Assembly (NCBI GenBank): GCA_017621655.1
Contig: JAGASS010000051.1
Coordinates: forward strand, 77,418-141,417
Length of the DNA: 64,000 nt
Reading direction: 5' to 3'
DNA from: Clostridia bacterium
GTDB lineage: Bacteria; Bacillota; Clostridia; Oscillospirales; CAG-272
Positions 10,177 to 18,475 of the stretch are shown here, one piece after another. The translations under genes and the position numbers were made by a program. Under the pieces are notes generated by a model. It was given only the letters and a program-made list of their open reading frames with translations. It did no database searches and was not told where the DNA came from. The first letter of the stretch is position 1; every line of letters begins with the position of its first letter.

Positions 10177-11601
10177 TTATTCTTTACCGTTCCAGCAATA
10201 GGTGCAAAGCTTGCACGGATCAATTCCTATTGCCTTTATTACGCCGTCAAGCGACTGGAAGTCGAGCGAATCAAAGTGGAAGCGCTCACATATAGTCTTA
10301 CGAAGCGCCTTACCTCTTTCGGTAGATCCGTCGCTGTATTCTTCAATATAGTTGAAGCCCTCCTCGCCCTCAAGCTCGTTTATGATCCTGCGAGCGATAA
10401 GCTCCATATCGGATGTCGCGCGGCTGAAATTAAGATACTTACAGCCATACATGATCGGAGGACACGCAGAGCGCATGTGAACGCTCTTTGCGCCGTTATC
10501 GTAAAGGAAGTCTACAGTTTCCTTAAGCTGTGTACCGCGGACGATTGAGTCGTCAACGAACATAAGGTGCTTGTCCTTGATAAGCTCAAGAACCGGTATC
10601 TGCTTCATCTTTGCGACCTTGCTTCTTGCCGCCTGCGTAGTAGGCGTGAAGGAACGCGACCAAGTGGGAGTATACTTTATAAATGCTCTTGCAAACGGCA
10701 GATGGCTAGCATTTGAATAACCGATAGCATGAGGGGTACCCGAATCGGGAACGCCGACGACGTATTCGATGTTCTCATCAAGACCTGCCTTACGGTCGTT
10801 TTCAGCCATAATCTGTCCGTTTCGATAACGCATTATCTCAACATTGACACCCTCATAGGTCGATGTCGGGTAACCATAGTAGCTCCAAAGGAAGGAGCAA
10901 ATACGCATCTCTTTTCCCGGCTCGGCAAGCTGACGGCAGTAATCGGAGCAAAGCTCGACGATCTCTCCCGGTCCAAGCTCCTTATGATGCTCATAACCGA
11001 GCTTTTGATATGCGTACGCCTCGAAGGATACACAGTATCCTTCATCTTTACGTCCTATCTGTACGGGAATTCGTCCGAGACGGTCACGAGCCGCAATGAT
11101 CTTTCCGTCATCCTTAAGAATAATGATCGAGGCAGTTCCGTCAATTATCTCTTGCGCAAAGTGTATACCGTCGACGAAATTTTCCTTTTGTCCGATAAGC
11201 GCCGCTACAAGCTCCGTAGAGTTTACGTTTCCGCCCGTCATCGCGTTAAAATGAGCGGAGCACTCGGAAAGATGATCGCTTATCAGCTGTTCGGCATTGT
11301 TGATTATACCTACAAAGCAGATAGCAAACTTTCCGAGACGCGAACGCACAAGAAGCGGCTGTGGATCAAAGTCACTGATGCAACCGATCGCCGAGTTGCC
11401 CTTCATATCGTCAAAGACGTGCTCAAACTTCGTACGGAAGGGAGAGTTTTGTATATTGTGTATTTCTCTTTGCAGACCCGCAAGATCGTGATATGCGGCG
11501 ATACCACCGCATTTCGTTCCGAGATGCGAATGATAGTCTGTACCGAAAAATACGTCTGAAATTGCGTCGCACTTAAGCGCCGCGCCGAAATATCCGCCCA
11601 T
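10177..11601 (-). CDS. purF: amidophosphoribosyltransferase-like protein (divergent N-terminus, no Cys at position 2)
   Basis: The PRTase block LMFVDDSIVRGTQ and the position between purE and purM support the call. The N-terminus is MGGYFGA instead of the canonical MCG. An AGAGGT SD precedes it. Confidence 0.8.
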   Translation of the reverse strand: MGGYFGAALKCDAISDVFFGTDYHSHLGTKCGGIAAYHDLAGLQREIHNIQNSPFRTKFEHVFDDMKGNSAIGCISDFDPQPLLVRSRLGKFAICFVGIINNAEQLISDHLSECSAHFNAMTGGNVNSTELVAALIGQKENFVDGIHFAQEIIDGTASIIILKDDGKIIAARDRLGRIPVQIGRKDEGYCVSFEAYAYQKLGYEHHKELGPGEIVELCSDYCRQLAEPGKEMRICSFLWSYYGYPTSTYEGVNVEIMRYRNGQIMAENDRKAGLDENIEYVVGVPDSGTPHAIGYSNASHLPFARAFIKYTPTWSRSFTPTTQAARSKVAKMKQIPVLELIKDKHLMFVDDSIVRGTQLKETVDFLYDNGAKSVHMRSACPPIMYGCKYLNFSRATSDMELIARRIINELEGEEGFNYIEEYSDGSTERGKALRKTICERFHFDSLDFQSLDGVIKAIGIDPCKLCTYCWNGKE

Positions 11602-11622
11602 GAATTACCTCTTTTATAGTTC

Positions 11623-12123
11623 TTATGCGTTGAATTTTTCTTCGATTGCTCTGTTCTTTTCGAGAACCTTCTCTGCTCCCTCGCTTCTTGCCTTGTCAAG
11701 ACGCGCGGCAAGCGCACCGTCTGTAACGGCAAGTATCTGAACAGAAAGCATAGCGGCATTGGCAGCTCCGTCGATAGCTACTGTTGCGACAGGTATTCCT
11801 GTCGGCATCTGTACTGTCGAAAGAAGCGCGTCAATGCCGTCGAGATTTTTACTTTTTACAGGTATTCCGATAACGGGAAGCGTAGTGTTAGCCGCTATTG
11901 CCCCCGCAAGATGTGCCGCCATACCCGCAGCGGCAATTATAGCGCCGAAGCCGTTTGCTCTTGCATTGACCGCAAACTCCTTTGCCTCGACGGGCGTTCT
12001 GTGCGCCGAATAAACGTGTACCTCGAACGGTACACCGTATTCTTTAAGCACGTTAATTGCTTTTTCGACAACGGGAAGATCGCTATCGCTTCCCATTACG
12101 ATTCCAACCTTTTTAATGCTCAT
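11623..12123 (-). CDS. purE: 5-(carboxyamino)imidazole ribonucleotide mutase
   Basis: VGIVMGSDSDLPV and YSAHRTP are PurE motifs. I place the start at MSIKKV with GGAGGTAACT immediately upstream. Confidence 0.92.
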   Translation of the reverse strand: MSIKKVGIVMGSDSDLPVVEKAINVLKEYGVPFEVHVYSAHRTPVEAKEFAVNARANGFGAIIAAAGMAAHLAGAIAANTTLPVIGIPVKSKNLDGIDALLSTVQMPTGIPVATVAIDGAANAAMLSVQILAVTDGALAARLDKARSEGAEKVLEKNRAIEEKFNA

Positions 12124-12149
12124 AGTTACCTCCAATTACCCGACAAATC

Positions 12150-12250
12150 AAAAATGGGCAGTCTTGCCTTATAATGCAAAACTGCCCAGACGGTCGGCTT
12201 TATTATTTTCCGTTCCCCGGTGGTTGCCCACCCATCCGTCAGTTGCGGAA
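12150..12250 (-). promoter_or_regulatory. ZTP (pfl-motif) riboswitch aptamer (about 12181-12250) plus overlapping intrinsic terminator (12150-12189)
   Basis: The minus strand reads UUCCGCAACUGACGGAUGGGUGGGCAACCACCGGGGAACGGAA, then an A-rich linker, then GCCGACCGUCUGGGCAG. Structural elements are P1 UUCCG/CGGAA, the hairpin GGUGG-GCAA-CCACC followed by GGGGA, and 3' CCGUC pairing with GACGG (pseudoknot) followed by UGGGC. The terminator GGGCAGUUUUGC...GCAAGACUGCCC+AUUUUU shares its 5' arm with the conserved CUGGGCAG. Confidence 0.8.
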
Positions 12251-12265
12251 AATCTCAACGCACTT

Positions 12266-12295
12266 ATTATACCATATATAAATATAAAAAGTCAA
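12266..12295 (-). promoter_or_regulatory. sigma-A type promoter of the pur operon
   Basis: On the minus strand: TTGACT, an 18-nt spacer, then TGGTATAAT (extended -10). Confidence 0.7.
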
Positions 12296-12369
12296 TTGCA
12301 TTTTGAGATTTTTACCGACAACATATTACAAATTTCAAAGTGATTTTTTGTTGCAAATTACCACATGAG

Positions 12370-12549
12370 TCACGTGACCGAGCTGTCTCCGCAAAAGGAA
12401 TCCTTGCTCTGCTCACACTTTTCGTAATTCATGCACTTGAGAGCCGGATTTTTTCCAAAAGTCTTGCGCATGATGACATTTTCACCGCACTTCGGACAGT
12501 ATCTCTCAACGACCTCGTAACGACCCGTTTCTTTTCTGTTTTCGTTCAT
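12370..12549 (-). CDS. small zinc-ribbon protein (topoisomerase-type C4 finger-like)
   Basis: The pattern is CPKCG...x17...CMNYEKC. A GAGGTG SD lies 4 nt before ATG 12549 (MNENRK). Confidence 0.55.
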   Translation of the reverse strand: MNENRKETGRYEVVERYCPKCGENVIMRKTFGKNPALKCMNYEKCEQSKDSFCGDSSVT

Positions 12550-12631
12550 TTCGCACCTCACATTTCGTATTTACTATTATTATTATATCCTATGAAAATG
12601 CGAATATGCCGTGACAAAAAATAATCGGGAA

Positions 12632-13999
12632 TTATTTTCCAACGCAGAAGCGGCTGAAAATTCTATCTGTTATTTCCTCACTTACGTTTCTGCCGTCTAT
12701 CTCGCGAAGCGCGGAAAGTGAAAGCTCAAGGTCCATTCCCGCAATATCCTGCGTAAAGCCGCTTTTAAGTGCCTGAAGAGCGCTTTCAAGACGCGCCTTT
12801 GCCTCTGTTGCCGCGGCAAACTGACGCGCGTTCGTGAGAACGGGAGTAGTATCATAATTGAGCTTTTCATCAACGTAGAGATCGGAGATCATCTTTTTCA
12901 GCTCATCAAATCCGCTTCCGTCAAGAGCAGAAACGGTCACTACCCTGAACGGAACATTAAGCTCGATATTAGAACATATATCCGATTTGTTTACAATTGC
13001 GATGACCTCTGCATCACTCTTCATAACGCGCTCAATTACCTCGCGGTCAAGCTCGTCAAGTGGAGACGAGCCGTCAAAAACGGCAAGGATAAGCTCCGCC
13101 TCGTTAAGCTTTCCGATACTGCGTTCGATTCCGAGACGCTCGACCTCGTCGCTCGATTCTCGAATGCCGGCAGTATCGCAAAGCCGCAAGGTCACTCTTC
13201 CGATAACCGCCGTCTCTTCAACGGTATCGCGAGTAGTTCCCGCAACCGAGGTAACGATTGCGCGATCATAGCCAAGTAGTCTGTTAAGAACAGACGATTT
13301 CCCTGCGTTCGGCTTGCCGACGATTGCAGTTTTAATTCCGTCGTTAACTGCTTTGCCGCTTCTATAGCTCGACACAAGCTTATTCGTCTCATCAAGCAGC
13401 TTTTCAGCGCGAAGAGTCAGCTCCTCGATCGAAACGTCAGTCAGGTCCTCGTCGGGATAATCAATATAGGCGTATACAGAAGCAAGAAGCTCGGTTATTT
13501 CGTCGCAGAGCTTATTGACGCCGTTTTTAAGCACGCCGTTTGTGATTGATGCGGAAAGACGCAGCTGCTCGTCGCTTTCTGCGTCGATAAGACCGATAAC
13601 GGCTTCTGCTTCTGTCAACGACATCTTTCCGTTAAGAAAAGCGCGCTTGCTGAATTCACCGCCGAGCGCAAGACGGAAGCCGCTTTCAAGTGCTGAAGTC
13701 AGCACGTTTTCGGTAAGAAGTATTCCGCCATGGCAAGATATTTCAACGGTATCCTCACCGGTAAACGAGCGCGGAGCGCGAAAAACAGTTGCTATACCGT
13801 CGTCAATACGCTTACCGTTTCTGAGAATATCTCCGTAAACAGCATAGCCGGACTCAACGTCTGACAGATGTTTTTTTGATTTCGGAACAAAGATCTTCTC
13901 GGCAAGCGTAATGCTTCCCTCTCCGCTTAATCTTATAACTGCGATGCCGCCTCTTCCGTACGGGGTGGATATTGCGGCGATCGGTTCAAAGCTCTGCAT
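12632..13999 (-). CDS. mnmE: tRNA modification GTPase MnmE
   Basis: GKPNAGKSS G1 motif, DTAGIR, and the C-terminal FCVGK tetrapeptide typical of MnmE. The start is ATG 13999 (MQSFEPIAA) with GGAG 6 nt upstream. The ORF-track start is an upstream TTG. Confidence 0.92.
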   Translation of the reverse strand: MQSFEPIAAISTPYGRGGIAVIRLSGEGSITLAEKIFVPKSKKHLSDVESGYAVYGDILRNGKRIDDGIATVFRAPRSFTGEDTVEISCHGGILLTENVLTSALESGFRLALGGEFSKRAFLNGKMSLTEAEAVIGLIDAESDEQLRLSASITNGVLKNGVNKLCDEITELLASVYAYIDYPDEDLTDVSIEELTLRAEKLLDETNKLVSSYRSGKAVNDGIKTAIVGKPNAGKSSVLNRLLGYDRAIVTSVAGTTRDTVEETAVIGRVTLRLCDTAGIRESSDEVERLGIERSIGKLNEAELILAVFDGSSPLDELDREVIERVMKSDAEVIAIVNKSDICSNIELNVPFRVVTVSALDGSGFDELKKMISDLYVDEKLNYDTTPVLTNARQFAAATEAKARLESALQALKSGFTQDIAGMDLELSLSALREIDGRNVSEEITDRIFSRFCVGK

Positions 14000-14065
14000 A
14001 TTTTTCTCCAATCATTTTATAGTTACATTATAAATGAACTCGGTTAAGATTTCAATAGAAAAAAC

Positions 14066-14092
14066 AAAAAACCGCGATAAAACGCGGTTTTT
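14066..14092 (-). terminator. intrinsic terminator after the Cys-rich miniprotein gene
   Basis: The hairpin AAAAACCGCG-loop-CGCGGTTTTT is followed on the minus strand by TTTTTTGTTTTTT. Confidence 0.75.
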
Positions 14093-14115
14093 GCCTATCA
14101 AAAGTCTTACTTAAA

Positions 14116-14334
14116 TTATTCTTCGCTCTTCTTAAGGTACTGGCAGTTATCGCAGTCGCAGTCAAGCTCGTCATTTTCGAGGCACTCAAAATCGCAGTCG
14201 CAATCATCCTCACAAGCAGTACGAAGATTCTTCTTGTATCTGTTGTAGATCATTCTGACGATAATGTAGAGACCGATGATGATTCCTATAGCGAGGAATA
14301 TCTTAAGAAGTGTTTTAAGAGTCTTGTTTTCCAT
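14116..14334 (-). CDS. single-TM miniprotein with Cys/Asp-rich C-terminal tail
   Basis: 72 aa: hydrophobic LKIFLAIGIIIGLYIIV, then CEDDCDCDFECLENDELDCDCDNC. It is followed by its own terminator. Confidence 0.6.
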   Translation of the reverse strand: MENKTLKTLLKIFLAIGIIIGLYIIVRMIYNRYKKNLRTACEDDCDCDFECLENDELDCDCDNCQYLKKSEE

Positions 14335-14478
14335 AATATTTTACCCCCAAATTAATATCGTTTATTGAAATTGCTTTACACTTAAATTATAACACAACTT
14401 TTGCAATTTAACAAGTACCTACAGAAAAAAATTGTAAATATTTTTTTGCTTTAGTCGTAATATTTATTCCAATTACTA

Positions 14479-14507
14479 TTGAAATTTATTCGCGACCGTG
14501 CTAAAAT
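14479..14507 (+). promoter_or_regulatory. sigma-A type promoter
   Basis: TTGAAA, a 17-nt spacer, then TGCTAAAAT (extended -10), upstream of the 14544 gene. Confidence 0.5.
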
Positions 14508-14543
14508 GATTGTGTATGGAAAATTTTGAAAGGAGGTTACGTC

Positions 14544-15554
14544 TTGAATCAAAACGATAAAAAGCTGAATTTGCGTCAAAATCCGCAAAAACGTGCTGTT
14601 GATCAGCCGATCAACCGTCCTCAGAATCATAGACCAAATCAGCCCCGTCAAGAGCAAATACCTCCCATTCAAAACAGATCCCCACAGCGTCCGCCGATAA
14701 ATCGACAAGTGCAGCAGCGTCCGCAGAACGCGGCAAAAAAGCCGTCGGGGCTTACTGACAACCTGCGTTCACAGACACCGCTTCAAAGGCAGATGCGTAA
14801 GAAAAACGCACCGAGTGAACCCGGAACCGTCAGAAGGACCGCAACTCAGCAGTTCAAGATCCGTCAAAGCGGAACAAAGCCGCAAAAGCAAAAGGTAAAG
14901 AAGACAAGCAGGTCCTTCACGAAACGCGTTCTTGTTTTAGGTGTGATTGCCTACCTGATACTGCTTCCGATGGTCGTTTTAATTGCAAACCTGCTTTTGA
15001 AATCAAACGTCATGACGGAGACCGATGATTTCAGCTACCGCCTCGGCACAGGTAAAAACACGGTATCCATAAAAACGTATTCTTATTCACGCGTCTGCCG
15101 AGACGGCGTTTACTACATCGACATGGACGCTCTTGCCGACTACTGCGAATTGACTACGACGGGCGACGGTAAGAATATGCGCTACGTCGTAAGAGAGACC
15201 GCTGAATCGGTTGAATTCGTTCTCGGCGAAAGCATCGCTTATATAAACGGTGTTCCCGACAGAACGGGAGGAAACGCGTTTCTTTACGGCGGAAAGGTAC
15301 ACATTCCGCTTGAGTTTGCAAAGAGATGCTTTATTAATCTTGATATTACCCTTGATACAGAGCGAAACAGAATAACGATCGTACGTAACACGGACGAAAA
15401 AGGAAATTATCTCGCACTTGACTTCCCATATAAGCTGACTGACGGAACCGATAAGATCGTTTTCGGCGAGCTTGAAGTTGAGATCCAGGAGCAGATAATA
15501 AAGCAAAACCAGCCCGTCATACCCGAGGGCGACGTTACCCTACCAATTCAGTAA
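14544..15554 (+). CDS. membrane-anchored protein with P/Q/R-rich N-terminal tail and C-terminal globular domain
   Basis: The likely start is TTG 14544, 7 nt after AAAGGAGG (the ORF-track start is an upstream TTG overlapping the SD). About 135 low-complexity residues (RPQN/QRP repeats) are followed by one TM (VLVLGVIAYLILL) and a roughly 190-aa domain. Confidence 0.6.
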   Translation: MNQNDKKLNLRQNPQKRAVDQPINRPQNHRPNQPRQEQIPPIQNRSPQRPPINRQVQQRPQNAAKKPSGLTDNLRSQTPLQRQMRKKNAPSEPGTVRRTATQQFKIRQSGTKPQKQKVKKTSRSFTKRVLVLGVIAYLILLPMVVLIANLLLKSNVMTETDDFSYRLGTGKNTVSIKTYSYSRVCRDGVYYIDMDALADYCELTTTGDGKNMRYVVRETAESVEFVLGESIAYINGVPDRTGGNAFLYGGKVHIPLEFAKRCFINLDITLDTERNRITIVRNTDEKGNYLALDFPYKLTDGTDKIVFGELEVEIQEQIIKQNQPVIPEGDVTLPIQ

Positions 15555-15587
15555 TTAATTTTTCATAACATAAAGGAGATAAACACC

Positions 15588-16607
15588 ATGAACGTACTTC
15601 TTACAGGCGGAGCCGGCTTCATCGGCTCACACACCGCAGTCGAGCTTATCGAAAAGGGACACAGCGTTGTCATCGTTGACAACCTTGTAAACAGCAAGCC
15701 CGAATCGGTAAGACGTGTTGAAGCAATAACCGGCACAAAGATCAAGCTTTACGTTGACGACGTAGCGGACAAGGCAGCTCTTGAAAAGATCTTCGAGGAA
15801 AACAAGATCGATGCTGTTATACATTTTGCAGGACTCAAGGCAGTCGGTGAATCGGTAAAGCTTCCCGTTCTTTATTACAGAAACAACCTCGACACTACTC
15901 TTACTCTTCTTGAAACAATGAAGAAATACGGTTGCACCAAGCTCATATTCAGCTCCTCCGCAACAGTTTACGGCGATCCCGAAAAGGTGCCGATAACCGA
16001 GGATATGCACGTAGGTGACTGCTCTAATCCTTACGGCAAGACCAAGTATATGATCGAGGAGATCCTTAAGGATACCTGCCACGCAGACAGCGACCTTTCC
16101 GTCGTTCTTCTCCGTTACTTTAATCCTATCGGCGCACATAAGAGCGGACTTCTCGTTGAGGACCCTAACGGAATCCCGAACAACCTTATGCCTTACATAC
16201 TCAAGGTAGCTATGGGCAAGATGCCTCACCTCAACGTATTCGGTGACGATTATCCTACTCCCGACGGAACCGGTGTACGTGACTACATTCACGTTTCCGA
16301 CCTCGCAAAGGGACACGTTGCAGCTATCGAATATGCTGACACTAACAAGGGTATTGAGGTATTCAACCTAGGTACAGGTAACGGCTACTCGGTTCTCGAC
16401 GTAGTAAAGGCGTTCGAGAAGGCAAGCGGAAATCCCCTTCCTTATAAGATTGCTCCCCGCCGTGAGGGCGACATCGCTGCTTGCTACGCTTCTCCCGACA
16501 AGGCGTATAACGGTCTTAAGTGGAAGGCAGAGCTTACTATCGACGATATGTGCCGCGACGCTTGGGAAGCAGTAAAGAAGAATCCCGAGGGTTATCCCAA
16601 CGACTGA
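15588..16607 (+). CDS. galE: UDP-glucose 4-epimerase
   Basis: LLTGGAGFIGSH Rossmann motif, YGKTK catalytic motif, 339 aa. Confidence 0.92.
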   Translation: MNVLLTGGAGFIGSHTAVELIEKGHSVVIVDNLVNSKPESVRRVEAITGTKIKLYVDDVADKAALEKIFEENKIDAVIHFAGLKAVGESVKLPVLYYRNNLDTTLTLLETMKKYGCTKLIFSSSATVYGDPEKVPITEDMHVGDCSNPYGKTKYMIEEILKDTCHADSDLSVVLLRYFNPIGAHKSGLLVEDPNGIPNNLMPYILKVAMGKMPHLNVFGDDYPTPDGTGVRDYIHVSDLAKGHVAAIEYADTNKGIEVFNLGTGNGYSVLDVVKAFEKASGNPLPYKIAPRREGDIAACYASPDKAYNGLKWKAELTIDDMCRDAWEAVKKNPEGYPND

Positions 16608-16630
16608 TAATTTCCTTACGTGAGGTAAAT

Positions 16631-17677
16631 ATGGAACCTACGATCCGCGATAAGAATTTTATAGTTGAGACAAATATCAAGCGCGAGGGACTTAAGTACA
16701 TAGATATTGAAGAATGTGATGAAATGCTCCTTCACGGCGTTCAGCTCATTGACGGTAAGTACCGCCGTCTGCCCGAGGATATTGCAAAGAGCGTTAACGA
16801 ATGCGTTGACGAAATGCATGACCGTACCGCAGGCGGACGCGTCAGATTTATAACTAACAGTCCTTATATCGCCATCCACGCCGAGATGGTAAGCGTTCTG
16901 AAAATGAACCATTTTGCCATTACGGGAAGCGTTGGAATGGACCTTTATTCCGGCACGAGATACTACGGCACGTTCGTTCCTCCTTTTGGAGTTGATGCAG
17001 TATTTGAGAGCGTTATAGATCTTGACGGCGAGGAGCGCGAATACACGATAAATCTTCCTCTGTATTCGGGCGTTAAGCGACTTTTCGTTGGTATCAAGGA
17101 GGGCTGTACGCTTAAAGCTCCATCTCCTTACCGCCTCGACAAGCCCGTCGTTTACTACGGCTCGTCGATCACGCAGGGCGGCTGCGCATCAAGACCGGGT
17201 GTTGCTTATCAGGCGATCCTTACAAGAGAGCTACACGTCGACCACATAAACATGGGCTTCTCGGGCGGCGCACGCGGCGAGGATCCTATCGTTGATTACG
17301 TCGCAGGACTTGAAATGTCGGCATTCGTATCCGACTACGACCACAACGCTCCGACAGCCGATCACCTCCGTGCAACTCACGAAAAGCTTTACCGCGCGGT
17401 AAGAAAGAATCATCCCGACATTCCGATCCTATTCCTTACCCGTCCGAAGTTCCATCTTGACGAACAAGAAAAGCTCCGCCTTGAAATCGTAAAAGAAACT
17501 TACGAAAAGGCGCTTTCCGAGGGCGATAATAACGTCTACTTCATTCCCGGACCCGAGCTTCTTAACGAACAGGTCAGAGAATGCTGCCTTGTAGACAACA
17601 CGCATCCGACGGATGCAGGTTTTGTCAGTATGGCATACGCTATTCTTCCGACGCTGAAAAAGATGCTGAATCTTTGA
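16631..17677 (+). CDS. SGNH/GDSL-family hydrolase
   Basis: YYGSSITQGG (block I Ser), GFSGGA, and DNTHPTD (Asp-x-x-His). The start is MEPTIR at ATG 16631, after the galE stop. The ORF-track extension overlaps galE. Confidence 0.7.
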   Translation: MEPTIRDKNFIVETNIKREGLKYIDIEECDEMLLHGVQLIDGKYRRLPEDIAKSVNECVDEMHDRTAGGRVRFITNSPYIAIHAEMVSVLKMNHFAITGSVGMDLYSGTRYYGTFVPPFGVDAVFESVIDLDGEEREYTINLPLYSGVKRLFVGIKEGCTLKAPSPYRLDKPVVYYGSSITQGGCASRPGVAYQAILTRELHVDHINMGFSGGARGEDPIVDYVAGLEMSAFVSDYDHNAPTADHLRATHEKLYRAVRKNHPDIPILFLTRPKFHLDEQEKLRLEIVKETYEKALSEGDNNVYFIPGPELLNEQVRECCLVDNTHPTDAGFVSMAYAILPTLKKMLNL

Positions 17678-17681
17678 TATA

Positions 17682-17716
17682 TCTCCCGACGGCTTCCGTC
17701 GGGAGATTTCTTTTAT
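17682..17716 (+). terminator. intrinsic terminator
   Basis: TCTCCCGACGG-CTT-CCGTCGGGAGA followed by TTTCTTTTATTT. Confidence 0.8.
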
Positions 17717-17787
17717 TTATGTCTTGATTTATGAAGAAATATCTGTTATAATACAAATTAACATCGAATTTTGAAAGGAGAATTCTT

Positions 17788-18369
17788 ATGGCTATGAATG
17801 AAACGGCGGCTGTGATCAGTTCATGTATCTCGCCAAGCGCTATATGCAAGGTAATGTTTGAGTATCAGCAGTATGAAGAATTTTTCTTTCCCGTTGCAAT
17901 ATCCGACGAGCTTTTCCTCTCGGTAAGCGACAGAGATTTCCGTCTTGACGGCTTTACTCTAAGACAGCTATCCGACGTTGTATCGGCTACGCCGATAAAA
18001 GGCACTTATCTCAAGATCCATCAGGCGGAGGGTAATCTTTCGCGCTTATCTGTTCCGCCTATAAATATCAAGAGCTGGCGTCACGCATTCAACTCCATCC
18101 TCGCTTCGGGAGAGATAATAAGTGTTGAGGGATATGCTCCAAACAGCACAAACAAGTACTTCATAGTCGGACGAGTTCTCGCTGTCGGCGAGCAAGGCAT
18201 TCGCATAAGAACCTTTGACGGAAGCGGAACCTGGGCAGAAAATCCGATAACCGTTCCCTATAAAAATATCTTCTCAATGACCTTCGGCTCGTCTTATATT
18301 ACGACCTATACAAAATACCTAAAGCCATACCCCGAGGTCAAGCCCCCGACACCCATCAAAAACCGCTGA
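17788..18369 (+). CDS. hypothetical protein
   Basis: 193-aa ORF with AAAGGAGAA 6 nt upstream. I recognise no motif. Confidence 0.5.
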   Translation: MAMNETAAVISSCISPSAICKVMFEYQQYEEFFFPVAISDELFLSVSDRDFRLDGFTLRQLSDVVSATPIKGTYLKIHQAEGNLSRLSVPPINIKSWRHAFNSILASGEIISVEGYAPNSTNKYFIVGRVLAVGEQGIRIRTFDGSGTWAENPITVPYKNIFSMTFGSSYITTYTKYLKPYPEVKPPTPIKNR

Positions 18370-18475
18370 TATTCTCGGCGGTTTTAACATTTCACAAAAA
18401 AAATTATATATATTCATCCAATATTCAAATAATAGGGTTAAAATGGTAGTTAACTCTAAAAGAGAAGGTAGAACT

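Noticed and set aside
11623-12123. Calling PurE a class II (CO2-dependent) enzyme because purK is absent from the operon.
   Set aside because: The SAHRTP motif (Arg) is the class I-type signature as I recall it. purK, purC and purB may simply lie elsewhere, so the question cannot be decided from this window.
16520-16630. N-terminal extensions offered by the ORF track: SGNH 16520, purL 4726, purD 5948, purO 7901, purE 12135, mnmE 14011, pfk 28200, ABC 18443, amidase 41290, murE 52465, ftsZ 60223, SDR 62498, AraC::LplA 47799.
   Set aside because: The extensions overlap upstream genes or start at TTG/GTG with no SD. In each case an internal ATG with a well-spaced GGAGG-type SD coincides with the conserved family N-terminus.
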